NCBI GenBank assembly: GCA_002269645.1
Contig: NIVC01001632.1
Location: 62,001-126,000, forward strand
Reading direction: 5' to 3'
DNA: 64,000 bases
Origin: Macrostomum lignano
Lineage: Eukaryota
Shown here: positions 12,082 through 25,233 of the stretch, in pieces
How the letters are laid out: every line of letters starts with the position of its first letter
How positions within the stretch are numbered: the first letter of the stretch is position 1
Program-made: the position numbers and the translations under genes
The notes under the pieces: generated by a model
Databases searched by the model: none
Told to the model about the DNA's origin: nothing
The model's input: only the letters and a program-made list of their open reading frames with translations

Positions 12082-13413
12082 CTACTCCTCATCATCTCCT
12101 CCTCCAGTTTCTTCGATCATCGGCTCAGGTTCGTCACGGTCCGACTCCGCTCCGACTGATGCTTCATCAGCCGGCTCGTCGGCGTCCACTTCTTCTTCGA
12201 AGTCATCGTCATCGGGCTCATCGCTTGCAAAATCGTCATCGGCTGTATCGTCGTCGTCGGAAACCGCTAAGCTACTTTGACGAGAGGAGACTGGGGAACG
12301 CTCATCCTGCAGTGGCTCGTCTGGTTGGTTGGTTGGTTGGTTGGTTGGTTGGTTGGTTGGTTGGTTGGTTGGTTGGTTGGTTGGTTGGTTGGTTGGTTGG
12401 TTGGTTGGTTGTTGTTGGTTGGTTGTTTGGTTGGTTGGTTGGTTGGTTGGTTGGTTGGTTGGTTGGTTGGTTGGTTGGTTGGTTGGTTGGTTGGTTGGTT
12501 GGTTGGTTGGTTTGTTTGTTGGTTGGTTATTTGGTTGGTTGGTTGGTTGGTTGGTTGGTTGGTTGGTTGGTTATTTGGTTGGTTGGTTGGGTTGGTTGGT
12601 TGGTTGGTTGGTTGGTTGGTTGGTTGGTTGTTTGGTTGGTTGGTTGGTTGGTTGGTTGGTTGGTTGGTTGGTTGGTTGGTTGGTTGGTTGGTTGGTTGGT
12701 TGGTTGGTTGGTTGGTTTGTTGGTTGGTTATTTGGTTGGTTGATCCAAAAAATCAAATCAAATCTCGATAGCTAACCTCGGTTGGCATTGGCATCATCGT
12801 GGTCCGGATCGCCCATCCCATCCACACCCATGTTCTCCAGCTCCTCGCGTCGTTCTTCGCGTCTCTCTCGCTCTCGCCGACGCTCCTCCTGCAACTCCAT
12901 ATTGTCGTTCATGACTTCCAGCGCTTCGTTTTCCATTCGGTAGAGCCAAGCTTCGCGCTCACGGTCAGTCAGCCGGTGATCATCGTCCCCGTCCAGAACC
13001 TGCGCAGCTAGCTGGCCTCGAGCGAAGGCCGCTTGTCTGAAAGAAATTTGAATTTGAGTACGAGCGTATCACCTAATGCAATTATTATCAATAGTTGACC
13101 AGCGCACTATAAAAAATTGACAAGGAGGGATGTTTGCGGCATCTGCAACGCTTCCAAACCTATAACAATTTACATGAACAGAAACATACTTTTGAAACCA
13201 ACATTGACTTCATATGAGTCACTGAAAGAGGATAGGCTACCTGTCACCGTCTGCAAAGTAAGCTTGCTGAGCCTCATCAGCACCAAGCTGTCCGTTAACC
13301 TCCAGTAGGCTGTGCCGTCGCTTGCTGCTCTCCAGAAATGCCACCAACTCTTCGCGTTTCGACTCGCGTTTAGCCAATTCTCGCTGACGCATTTTGTCCA
13401 CAGTATTTCCCAT
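12082..13413 (-). CDS. Three-exon orphan gene encoding a 223-aa highly acidic, partly coiled-coil protein, copy 1
   Basis: Exons 13413-13241 (173 nt), 13036-12777 (260 nt), 12320-12082 (239 nt). All introns are GT-AG, phases 2 and 1 match, and the 672 nt run ATG to TAG without an internal stop. Protein: [28 protein letters not shown]...[20 protein letters not shown]...[17 protein letters not shown]...GGGDDEE. Confidence 0.8.
12322..12742. repeat. (TTGG)n microsatellite filling intron 2 of the acidic gene, copy 1
   Basis: Direct reading; about 105 tetramers with scattered interruptions. Confidence 0.97.
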
Positions 13414-14929
13414 TTGTGCGGCTGAAACTTGAAGCAGTACTAACTGGGCAACAGACAGCAATTGTGAGGAAAGACCCGAGGACTCCAGAAATTGCGTATC
13501 GTTTTAGCTATTTGAAAGCACCCTGACAAAGTTGAATTTTTGTTTATGTTTAATACGCAGCAGAATCGGTTGGTGGCGTGGTGTCGGTCAAGTCAGGCTT
13601 TGGTATAGCTGGATAGTTGCAATTAAACAAACTTAACAACCCCCACCCCTTACTTGCAAGCGCGTTGTCCAGGGTTCAACAGCCAACCTTGCAACACTTG
13701 GTGGTGACGAAAAATGCGAGCAAACTTTCAGCTAGTTTGAATAAATCACTGAAACTTGCATTTAGGTTAGATCTTGGGGCTTAATTCCTGTTTAAGGTAG
13801 TCCTGGTAGCTCTCTGTAGCAGCACAGCAGAAAAAGGTAAAGCAGTTTCGTTGGGATGAAAGAAAATTACTTAAACTCTTCTTGATGAAAGAGTTAAGCG
13901 GGGTGCAACTATATTTTGATAATAGCCATCTAAGATTAACCTAACTGGGGCCTACGACAATTTACGAGTACCATCAATAATTTGATTGTCATCAATTGAC
14001 TGCTGAACCTACTAGCCCTATCCTATATTTGTTCTAAACCCTAACCTAAATTCTCGGCAAGTTAATTTATGCATGGCAGTCATGCAATTGTCGCGCTCCC
14101 CCATTACTATGCGGTAGGTCTGATCGATTGACTAGTGAAAGTAGCATTTAGGGCATTTCATATACATTGTTTTATTACTTTACCAATCGAAATGCTGATT
14201 TGTTACGTAGTTAACCAACACGGAAGTGCTGGTCACGTACTTTCCATTTCCCGTCATTGATATCAACCCCTAACCGGAGACAATACATTGCATTGATTAA
14301 TGATCAATCATCAAACTCTTGTTTGCAGGGTGTTCGCTCACAACACATTTTTCTGCTGAAACTTCGGGTTCTTTCTGCGATGAAAGGAATTAAACAAGCG
14401 TAGTTCTCACGGTTCCATACAATTTTTTATCCTGCGACACCCGTCTGTAGAGCATTCGCCAAACAGCATATTGTCTGCCGCTTGGTCTTGTCAAATTATA
14501 TTATATTAAATAATATTAAAGCTCTCGCTGGGCAATGCAGACTCTGACCCTACAGTTTGGCATTGTGGCATTTCGCTTGGACGAAAGATACTGTAATTTG
14601 AGACAGACTGGAAATGGGCAAGGCAGATCAGAGTCTACCCCACTGCGATAAACTGGTTAATTGAAGCATCTCCCTGCCAGCTGCGCGCGTTTTTTCTTCA
14701 TCGTTTAAAACCCTTGCCTAGGTGCGCAAGGTGAATTGAAGTAAAGACCACCCCCAGAACGCCTTGCCCCGAGCCTTAGCAACCTGAGCCACCTGCGCGG
14801 GCTCTTTTTTGAAGTAATTTATGCAGAAAAGAAGAGCTAAAAAAGCAAATCAACATTTCCACTGAAAAAAAGCAGAGAGATTAACAGACCAGCAACCAGA
14901 GCGTAGAAAATCAAGATCGAAACGGCAAG

Positions 14930-15793
14930 ATGACGAGTCAAGAAGCTGAGAATCAGAATCGTGAAGACGAAGAAGCGAAAGCGATGCATCGAGAAGAAGA
15001 AAAAGCAGAGCATCAGGGAGACGAGGACGTGGAGCACCAAGGAGACGAGGATGCAGAGCATCAGGGAGACGAGGACGTGGAGCACCAAGGAGACGAGGAT
15101 GCAGAGCATCAGGGAGACGAGGATGCAGAGCATCAGGGAGACGAGGATGCAGAGCATCAGGGAGACGAGGATGCAGAGCATCAGGGAGACGAGGATGCAG
15201 AGCACCAGGGAGACGAGGATGCAGAGCGCCAGGGAGACGAGGATGCACAGCACCAAGGAGACGAGGATGCAGAGCGCCAAGGAGACGAGGATGCAGAGCA
15301 TCTGGAAAAAGAGGCTTCAAAGCACCATAAAGAAGAGAATGCGGAGCGCAAGGAAGAAGACGATATGAAGCACCGGGAAGCGGAGTTTGTGAAACGCCAC
15401 GAAGACAGTGATAACAGAAAGCAGCTAGAGCACAAAAAGGAGCAAGACATAAAGCTACCAACAATGAAAGTAGAGGTCCGAGAAGCTTTTCAGGATGATG
15501 ACAACTCGGAAGAGAAGAAGTGCAATGAATTTCAACAATCGGATTCAACTCCAACGTGGCAACAATCTAAGCAACTGCCTCCTTTGCGCAGCTACGTGTT
15601 GTCGAAACGAAGTGGCAAGACTGGTCGGCAAGATCAGCAGAAGCTGGCACCAAATCGGGTGATGATGGAGGCAGCTCAGCTGCTGCCAAAACTTCGACAT
15701 TCTCGTCCCGGCATCGGATATTACGGACGGGTGCGCGGGCAAGCCGCGAACAGGTCTGTTGACCTGCGGTCGAGTCACGAACCGGCAGGTCAG
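14930..15793 (+). CDS. Acidic repeat protein exon with 12 x EHQGDED(A/V) (24-bp coding minisatellite at 15008-15295), copy 1
   Basis: 288 open codons ending at a strong phase-0 donor CAG|GTAAGT (15793/15794); hydrophilic composition; no recognisable domain. Confidence 0.55.
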
Positions 15794-15986
15794 GTAAGTG
15801 GCGGATGGCTTTGTGGCGATTACACATGCTCTGAAATCAGAGTAAAATTGGTAATTCAATCTAATCCTACTGCCCACAAAAGTAGCACACTATCACATCA
15901 TAGAAATCGACAATGACACTATGCAGTACACATTGTCACGTAAAAGTACGGAGTGACTCATTCCAACTATTCATATGAGCGTAGAC

Positions 15987-17417
15987 CACAGCAATCGGAG
16001 TGACACTCTCCAAAATTAACCACACTCACAACACAGCAATCGGAGTGACACTCTCCAAATGCACCACACTCGCGACACAGCAATCGGAGTGAACACTCTC
16101 CAAATGCACCACACTCACAACACAGCAATCGGAGTGAACACTCTCCAAATGCACCACACTCGCGACACAGCAATCGGAGTGACACTCTCCAAATACACCA
16201 CACTCACGACACAGCAATGGGAGTGACACTCTCCAAATGCACCACACTCGCGACACAGCAATCGGAGTGAACACTCTCCAAATGCACCACACTCACGACA
16301 CAGCAATCGGAGTGAACACTCTCCAAATTCACCACACTCGCGACACAGCAATCGGAGTGACACTCTCCAAATACACCACACTCACGACACAGCAATCGGA
16401 GTGACACTCTCCAAATACACCACACTCACAACACAGCAATGGGAGTGACACTCTCCAAATGCACCACACTCGCGACACAGCAATCGGAGTGAACACTCTC
16501 CAAATGCACCACACTCACGACACAGCAATCGGAGTGAACACTCTCCAAATTCACCACACTCGCGACACAGCAATCGGAGTGACACTCTCCAAATACACCA
16601 CACTCACGACACAGCAATCGGAGTGACACTCTCCAAATACACCACACTCACGACACAGCAATCGGAGTGAACACTCTCCAAATGCACCACACTCGCGACA
16701 CAGCAATCGGAGTGACACTCTCCAAATACACCACACTCACGACACAGCAATCGGAGTGACACTCTCCAAATGCACCACACTCGCGACACAGCAATCGGAG
16801 TGAACACTCTCCAAATGCACCACACTCACAACACAGCAATCGGAGTGAACACTCTCCAAATGCACCACACTCGCGACACAGCAATCGGAGTGACACTCTC
16901 CAAATACACCACACTCACAACACAGCAATGGGAGTGACACTCTCCAAATGCACCACACTCGCGACACAGCAATCGGAGTGAACACTCTCCAAATGCACCA
17001 CACTCACGACACAGCAATCGGAGTGAACACTCTCCAAATTCACCACACTCGCGACACAGCAATCGGAGTGACACTCTCCAAATTCACCACACTCGCGACA
17101 CAGCAATCGGAGTGACACTCTCCAAATACACCACACTCACGACACAGCAATCGGAGTGACACTCTCCAAATACACCACACTCACAACACAGCAATGGGAG
17201 TGACACTCTCCAAATGCACCACACTCGCGACACAGCAATCGGAGTGAACACTCTCCAAATGCACCACACTCACGACACAGCAATCGGAGTGAACACTCTC
17301 CAAATTCACCACACTCGCGACACAGCAATCGGAGTGACACTCTCCAAATACACCACACTCACGACACAGCAATCGGAGTGACACTCTCCAAATACACCAC
17401 ACTCACGACACAGCAAT
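15987..17417. repeat. 44/45-bp satellite (acacagcaatcggagtga[a]cactctccaaatgcaccacactcgcg), ~32 units, block 1
   Basis: Direct periodicity; internal near-palindrome GAGTG-A(A)-CACTC; variant units recur at 5-6 unit spacing. Confidence 0.95.
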
Positions 17418-17822
17418 TGTATATAGTGCATTGTATTTGGTGAGTGAAGCGAGTAAAGTAGAGATGTTTATAAAGTAGACAAAAATGTGTAACACACAAA
17501 AAAGGTCATTTATTGTCGCAAAGCCTAGAAAACCTAGCATAAGTTCCTAGGACCTTGGCGTACATTTTAGTATGAAGTGGCATAGATTTTTTAGGGGACT
17601 TTTTCCTCGGCATATATTATAACATGATCCTGACTATGGTTAGAATAGTATATAATATATTATTTACAAGATGTAGACTGCCATGTAGGCAATTAAAACA
17701 TTAGGTAGATGGCTACTATATATATAAACACAAATCATGTTTTGGCAAGGTTTTTGGTAAATTTTAGCAAAAATGTTTTTTTAACAAATCATTTCATATT
17801 GACTTTCTTTAAATGCATCATG

Positions 17823-18693
17823 GGCGATTTTCCTCTTTCGTTCGTTAAATTATTTTTTCGATTTGAATCGGTGCGTAGAGGCGAAAAAGTGACGTGGCAG
17901 CATTTGAAATTGTGCCTATTGAAAAAATGATGTGGCAGTAGTGGAAAGGACATGGGGTTGCTGCTGACACATGTCTATGGCACTACTCACCTACTCGGTT
18001 CGTGGCGGAGTATAGGCAGCAGCTTGCACTCGCTCCTTGCTCCCCTTCCCACTCTCGCATGAGCTTTGACTTATCGCATTGAGTCTTCACTTGTTAAATT
18101 TTATTAAATTTTACTCAAACTGCAACATGGCTGGGCGCCCAGCGGCACCTACATTCATCGTCCCTCCTGGACAACTGCGTCCCTCGCTGGAGCTGTGCGA
18201 CATAAACTTTACGATGCGCGAGCTGGCCAACATCACCCAGATGCCTAGAGACTGCATCAACTGGATGGCAACCTTCCATCTTCTGGCCAACCAACAGACA
18301 TGCTCAACATGCCCCGGAGCCCCGGCGATGCGTCTGCAGCAGCGCACGGGTGATCGCTTTGTGGACAGGCTTGCTTGGGCATGTACCGGCTGCCATGGCC
18401 AGGTCTCCATAAGAAAGGGCTCTTTGCTGGGGCTCCAGTTGAACCATATTGGACTTTGTGAGACTCTCTGTATGCCAGAGCAAGCTACGGGACGCAGTGC
18501 CCTATTGTTGTCGTTTACTGTCGTTACATGTCGTTTACCATTACCGTTTGTCTTTAGTTAAACAACTCCATCCAACTTTCCGAGAAAAATTTAAGTCCCA
18601 GCATCCCATTACTGTCGTTTTCTGACATTACTCAGTAGTCACAACTTGTTTCTGTCGAAAAAATAATTTAACGAATGAAAGAGGAAAATCGCC
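17823..18693 (+). mobile_element. Internally deleted Merlin DNA transposon, copy 2
   Basis: Same TIRs and TSD GCATCATG (17815-17822 / 18694-18701); one ACG>ATG difference in the ORF remnant. Confidence 0.85.
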
Positions 18694-21307
18694 GCATCAT
18701 GCATTAAACTTTACTAAATATAAAATTTTCTTTACCTTTGCCTAAAATATTTATAAAATATAACTTAATATTTAGATAATTTAGGACATATTATTACTCT
18801 TATTAATTTTAGCAGAACTTACCTGAGTAATTTCAGAAATTGACTGCTTTAAAGTCTTTTTGTTAAGGGAACCAACCAAATTTTCTATTTGGTTTAATGC
18901 AAATTGCAGAGAGTCTAGCATTGTTGATAGTAAATGCTTTGTAGGGCTAAACAGTAATAGTTTGATGCTAGTAACATGTCAAATGACAATTTTGACAATC
19001 AAAGCACAATTTAATGTTTTAAGTAAGAATTGTCAGACTACTAGGCTAGTATAGTGTAGGACTTGCTACACCTCTAACTTTATTCAAGTTCAACTTGACA
19101 GCAAAAAAAAGGGGGGCTAATGTTTCTCAAAGAATGCAGAAAGTAAAGGGTATTTTTATTAGTATTCAGTCTGTATCTCTTGCTATTTTAAAAATTATAT
19201 TAGTAACTAGGGCTAAGCCTATTTTCGAGTACTAGTCTACTGTATTTAGGCCTATATAAATATATTGTGATTAAAAAATTAAGACATCTTAAATATCACC
19301 TAATGAGTACTCAGAAAAAAAGATTTATTCATTGTTCACCATTCAGGTAATCATGTCAATCATTATTCTGTTATTCTGTTATTTACTGTCAATATTGACT
19401 GGCTTTAGAAGCTTGAAAACTGTAGATATTAATAAATAAATATTTATAACATATTTTTTGTCTTATAAGAAATTGTGTTTTTACTTTAAATTAAAACCGA
19501 CACCAAAAACAATAAAAAACTTTGATATAATGCGACAATTTGAGTCACGCTTTTTTTAAATAATCGTGCTTGTCGATGACTAATGTAAAAACTATGTTAC
19601 AAATATAAATATTTATCACGATTGTCTCTATAACCAAATTCTTCGAGTATGAAGTCGGCCCACACCCCAGAGTGGCTAAAACGAAATCAAAGACGAAAAA
19701 TATCAACAAGATGGGCCCACTCAGTGGGCCCGGCCATAAAGTCTTGATCCAATAGAACTACGCATTTTGCTGAAAATGATTAAATGCAACGATTTTTTAT
19801 GCATGCAGAATCACTGCAGATTTTTCATGGAAGTAACAATGCAAAGCAGTGAAGCATGCAGCTATGACTGAGAGGGTCATGGTTACCATTACCGCCCTGA
19901 TGTCCCTGCAGTTGTTAAGTTCCATGCAATCAGCCGCGGTGGGCGGGGGAGTGACAGCTGGAACAGCAGCTCAGGAGGTGGGCCGTTAGCCCATACACCT
20001 TTCCCTATGCTTAGATGTAACCCACTGCAGTTAATCCAAGTGCAGGGTGACAACGGCGGTATGGGTGGGAGCAGGGAGCCATGAGGATCCCGATCACTGG
20101 TCGAGCAATCTCGGCCAGGCCATTGGCCAGCTCGTGGCCTCGGAATGGCCCGACTTCCCCTGGGAGCCACCTTAAAGACACCCTGTTGGGGGCGCCCTAA
20201 GCGGTTAGCAGGCACCATGGCACACTTGCTTTTTTCTTTTACATGGATACATGTATTTTCTTACCCTCTCCAATTAACATTTCGCTAGGTGAGCCGTTTT
20301 GCTGGTTGTCCATGTCCCATCCAGGTCATGCAATCTCACCCACACTTGTTCCGTTACATATTGTCGACGTCAACCCAAGCGCGTCACGATTAGTTTAGAT
20401 GAAGATGATCTGTCCATCTGAATGTAAACTACATGTACATGTAGTTCATGTGGTTCATATTATACATACTGTATATACCGTATGTTTCATAGACAAATGA
20501 AATAGAAATAGAAATAACCAAGACGTTAATTGCCATTGCAGCAAAGCGAGTACTATATGTACATATAGTCAATAGTGTGTTGTTTAAATTTCTGACAGAA
20601 TAGATTTCGCTAACCTCCCATTATTATTTGCAAAAAATACAGACAGTAAAAATAAATTACGAGTAATATCCGTACGTAAAGCTTTACCAGTTTTTTAAGT
20701 AACTCCGCGTAATTTACCGATCTTTCTTACAAATTACTCGTACATACGATCCTACATGGTAGATAAGAAACGCATAATTTTTGGCATATTGGAAATTTAA
20801 AAGTTAAATTACTAAACTCTCGATCATTAGCTCCAATGAGTTCCGTATCATTTTGAGTTGCCGGGTGAATGGGGATGTCATCTTAAGCGCCGGCATAATG
20901 CTTTCATCCGGCCCTTAGAAGGGCAGAAAGAGTCAAAAGCAATTCAACTGAATAGTTGAATCTATTCACAGTTTCGTGTAGCGCGCTGTAGTATCTATTT
21001 TCTACCTAAGTACACTCGTATATAAAGTCTTTCTATCTTACACGCTGGAAAGTGAAAGTACTTCTACAAACATACGTGTAAACTTATTGAAATCATAGAA
21101 AGAACTGGAGATAGTGGCCAACTATTTAATACTCGTACATGTAGGCGTTCATTGAAATCGTATCTTGGGATCATTACTTGTTTTGTCCTTTATACATTTC
21201 TGTACATAAGGAAGAGAAATACAAGAAATGTCCGTGGCGATTTGACCGTTGTGCAGCTCAAAGTGAAAAACTGACCACCGCAAGTTTTACTCATACTCTC
21301 CGCGACG

Positions 21308-22662
21308 CTACTCCTCATCATCTCCTCCTCCAGTTTCTTCGATCATCGGCTCAGGTTCGTCACGGTCCGACTCCGCTCCGACTGATGCTTCATCAGCCGG
21401 CTCGTCGGCGTCCACTTCTTCTTCGAAGTCATCGTCATCGGGCTCATCGCTTGCAAAATCGTCATCGGCTGTATCGTCGTCGTCGGAAACCGCTAAGCTA
21501 CTTTGACGAGAGGAGACTGGGGAACGCTCATCCTGCAGTGGCTCGTCTGGTTGGTTGGTTGGTTGGTTGGTTGGTTGGTTGGTTGGTTGGTTGGTTGGTT
21601 GGTTGGTTGGTTGGTTGGTTGGTTGGTTGGTTGGTTGGTTGGTTGGTTGGTTGGTTTGTTTGTTGGTTGGTTGTTGGTTGGTTGGTTGGTTGGTTGGTTG
21701 GTTTGGTTGTTGGTTGGTTGGTTGGTTGGTTGGTTGGTTGGTTGGTTGGTTGGTTGTTTGTTGGTTGGTTATTTGGTTGGTTGGTTGGTTGGTTGGTTGG
21801 TTGGTTGGTTGGTTATTTGGTTGGTTGGTTGGTTGGTTGGTTGGTTGGTTGGTTGGTTGGTTGGTTTTGGTTGGTTGGTTGGTTGGTTGGTTGGTTGGTT
21901 GTTGGTTGGTTGGTTGGTTGGTTGGTGGTTGGTTGGTTGGTTGGTTGGTTGGTTGGTTGGTTGGTTTGTTGGTTGGTTATTTGGTTGGTTGATCCAAAAA
22001 ATCAAATCAAATCTCGATAGCTAACCTCGGTTGGCATTGGCATCATCGTGGTCCGGATCGCCCATCCCATCCACACCCATGTTCTCCAGCTCCTCGCGTC
22101 GTTCTTCGCGTCTCTCTCGCTCTCGCCGACGCTCCTCCTGCAACTCCATATTGTCGTTCATGACTTCCAGCGCTTCGTTTTCCATTCGGTAGAGCCAAGC
22201 TTCGCGCTCACGGTCAGTCAGCCGGTGATCATCGTCCCCGTCCAGAACCTGCGCAGCTAGCTGGCCTCGAGCGAAGGCCGCTTGTCTGAAAGAAATTTGA
22301 ATTTGAGTACGAGCGTATCACCTAATGCAATTATTATCAATAGTTGACCAGCGCACTATAAAAAATTGACAAGGAGGGATGTTTGCGGCATCTGCAACGC
22401 TTCCAAACCTATAACAATTTACATGAACAGAAACATACTTTTGAAACCAACATTGACTTCATATGAGTCACTGAAAGAGGATAGGCTACCTGTCACCGTC
22501 TGCAAAGTAAGCTTGCTGAGCCTCATCAGCACCAAGCTGTCCGTTAACCTCCAGTAGGCTGTGCCGTCGCTTGCTGCTCTCCAGAAATGCCACCAACTCT
22601 TCGCGTTTCGACTCGCGTTTAGCCAATTCTCGCTGACGCATTTTGTCCACAGTATTTCCCAT
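21308..22662 (-). CDS. Three-exon acidic orphan gene, copy 2
   Basis: Exons 22662-22490, 22285-22026, 21546-21308; same splice sites as copy 1. Confidence 0.8.
21548..21991. repeat. (TTGG)n microsatellite, copy 2
   Basis: Direct reading; longer than copy 1, with a different interruption pattern. Confidence 0.97.
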
Positions 22663-24176
22663 TTGTGCGGCTGAAACTTGAAGCAGTACTAACTGGGCAA
22701 CAGACAGCAATTGTGAGGAAAGACCCGAGGACTCCAGAAATTGCGTATCGTTTTAGCTATTTGAAAGCACCCTGACAAAGTTGAATTTTTGTTTATGTTT
22801 AATACGCAGCAGAATCGGTTGGTGGCGTGGTGTCGGTCAAGTCAGGCTTTGGTATAGCTGGATAGTTGCAATTAAACAAACTTAACAACCCCCACCCCTT
22901 ACTTGCAAGCGCGTTGTCCAGGGTTCAACAGCCAACCTTGCAACACTTGGTGGTGACGAAAAATGCGAGCAAACTTTCAGCTAGTTTGAATAAATCACTG
23001 AAACTTGCATTTAGGTTAGATCTTGGGGCTTAATTCCTGTTTAAGGTAGTCCTGGTAGCTCTCTGTAGCAGCACAGCAGAAAAAGGTAAAGCAGTTTCGT
23101 TGGGATGAAAGAAAATTACTTAAACTCTTCTTGATGAAAGAGTTAAGCGGGGTGCAACTATATTTTGATAATAGCCATCTAAGATTAACCTAACTGGGGC
23201 CTACGACAATTTACGAGTACCATCAATAATTTGATTGTCATCAATTGACTGCTGAACCTACTAGCCCTATCCTATATTTGTTCTAAACCCTAACCTAAAT
23301 TCTCGGCAAGTTAATTTATGCATGGCAGTCATGCAATTGTCGCGCTCCCCATTTACTATGCGGTAGGTCTGATCGATTGACTAGTGAAAGTAGCATTTAG
23401 GGCATTTCATATACATTGTTTTATTACTTTACCAATCGAAATGCTGATTTGTTACGTAGTTAACCAACACGGAAGTGCTGGTCACGTACTTTCCATTTCC
23501 CGTCATTGATATCAACCCCTAACCGGAGACAATACATTGCATTGATTAATGATCAATCATCAAACTCTTGTTTGCAGGGTGTTCGCTCACAACACATTTT
23601 TCTGCTGAAACTTCGGGTTCTTTCTGCGATGAAAGGAATTAAACAAGCGTAGTTCTCACGGTTCCATACAATTTTTTATCCTGCGACACCCGTCTGTAGA
23701 GCATTCGCCAAACAGCATATTGTCTGCCGCTTGGTCTTGTCAAATTATATTATATTAAATAATATTAAAGCTCTCGCTGGGCAATGCAGACTCTGACCCT
23801 ACAGTTTGGCATTGTGGCATTTCGCTTGGACGAAAGATACTGTAATTTGAGACAGACTGGAAATGGGCAAGGCAGATCAGAGTCTACCCCACTGCGATAA
23901 ACTGGTTAATTGAAGCATCTCCCTGCCAGCTGCGCGCGTTTTTTCTTCATCGTTTAAAACCCTTGCCTAGGTGCGCAAGGTGAATTGAAGTAAAGACCAC
24001 CCCAGAACGCCTTGCCCGAGCCTTAGCAACCTGAGCCACCTGCGCGGGCTCTTTTTTGAAGTAATTTATGCAGAAAAGAAGAGCTAAAAAAGCAAATCAA
24101 CATTTCCACTGAAAAAAAGCAGAGAGATTAACAGACCAGCAACCAGAGCGTAGAAAATCAAGATCGAAACGGCAAG

Positions 24177-25040
24177 ATGACGAGTCAAGAAGCTGAGAAT
24201 CAGAATCGTGAAGACGAAGAAGCGAAAGCGATGCATCGAGAAGAAGAAAAAGCAGAGCATCAGGGAGACGAGGACGTGGAGCACCAAGGAGACGAGGATG
24301 CAGAGCATCAGGGAGACGAGGACGTGGAGCACCAAGGAGACGAGGATGCAGAGCATCAGGGAGACGAGGATGCAGAGCATCAGGGAGACGAGGATGCAGA
24401 GCATCAGGGAGACGAGGATGCAGAGCATCAGGGAGACGAGGATGCAGAGCACCAGGGAGACGAGGATGCAGAGCGCCAGGGAGACGAGGATGCACAGCAC
24501 CAAGGAGACGAGGATGCAGAGCGCCAAGGAGACGAGGATGCAGAGCATCTGGAAAAAGAGGCTTCAAAGCACCATAAAGAAGAGAATGCGGAGCGCAAGG
24601 AAGAAGACGATATGAAGCACCGGGAAGCGGAGTTTGTGAAACGCCACGAAGACAGTGATAACAGAAAGCAGCTAGAGCACAAAAAGGAGCAAGACATAAA
24701 GCTACCAACAATGAAAGTAGAGGTCCGAGAAGCTTTTCAGGATGATGACAACTCGGAAGAGAAGAAGTGCAATGAATTTCAACAATCGGATTCAACTCCA
24801 ACGTGGCAACAATCTAAGCAACTGCCTCCTTTGCGCAGCTACGTGTTGTCGAAACGAAGTGGCAAGACTGGTCGGCAAGATCAGCAGAAGCTGGCACCAA
24901 ATCGGGTGATGATGGAGGCAGCTCAGCTGCTGCCAAAACTTCGACATTCTCGTCCCGGCATCGGATATTACGGACGGGTGCGCGGGCAAGCCGCGAACAG
25001 GTCTGTTGACCTGCGGTCGAGTCACGAACCGGCAGGTCAG
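24177..25040 (+). CDS. Acidic EHQGDEDA-repeat protein exon, copy 2
   Basis: Identical translation; donor at 25040/25041. Candidate terminal exon starts at 26760 after aaaattcag. Confidence 0.55.
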
Positions 25041-25233
25041 GTAAGTGGCGGATGGCTTTGTGGCGATTACACATGCTCTGAAATCAGAGTAAAATTGGTA
25101 ATTCAATCTAATCCTACTGCCCACAAAAGTAGCACACTATCACATCATAGAAATCGACAATGACACTATGCAGTACACATTGTCACGTAAAAGTACGGAG
25201 TGACTCATTCCAACTATTCATATGAGCGTAGAC

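Larger units (their letters stand above)
8198..17423. repeat. Tandem segmental duplication, copy 1 (~9.23 kb)
   Basis: tagtgcattgtatttgg at 8198 recurs at 17424 (offset 9226). All ORFs recur with offset 9226-9249. The copies differ by a few SNPs, homopolymer indels and repeat lengths. Confidence 0.95.

Noticed and set aside
11952-12775. LVGW-repeat ORFs (and 21178-22024)
   Set aside because: Translation of (TTGG)n on the antisense strand of a real spliced gene.
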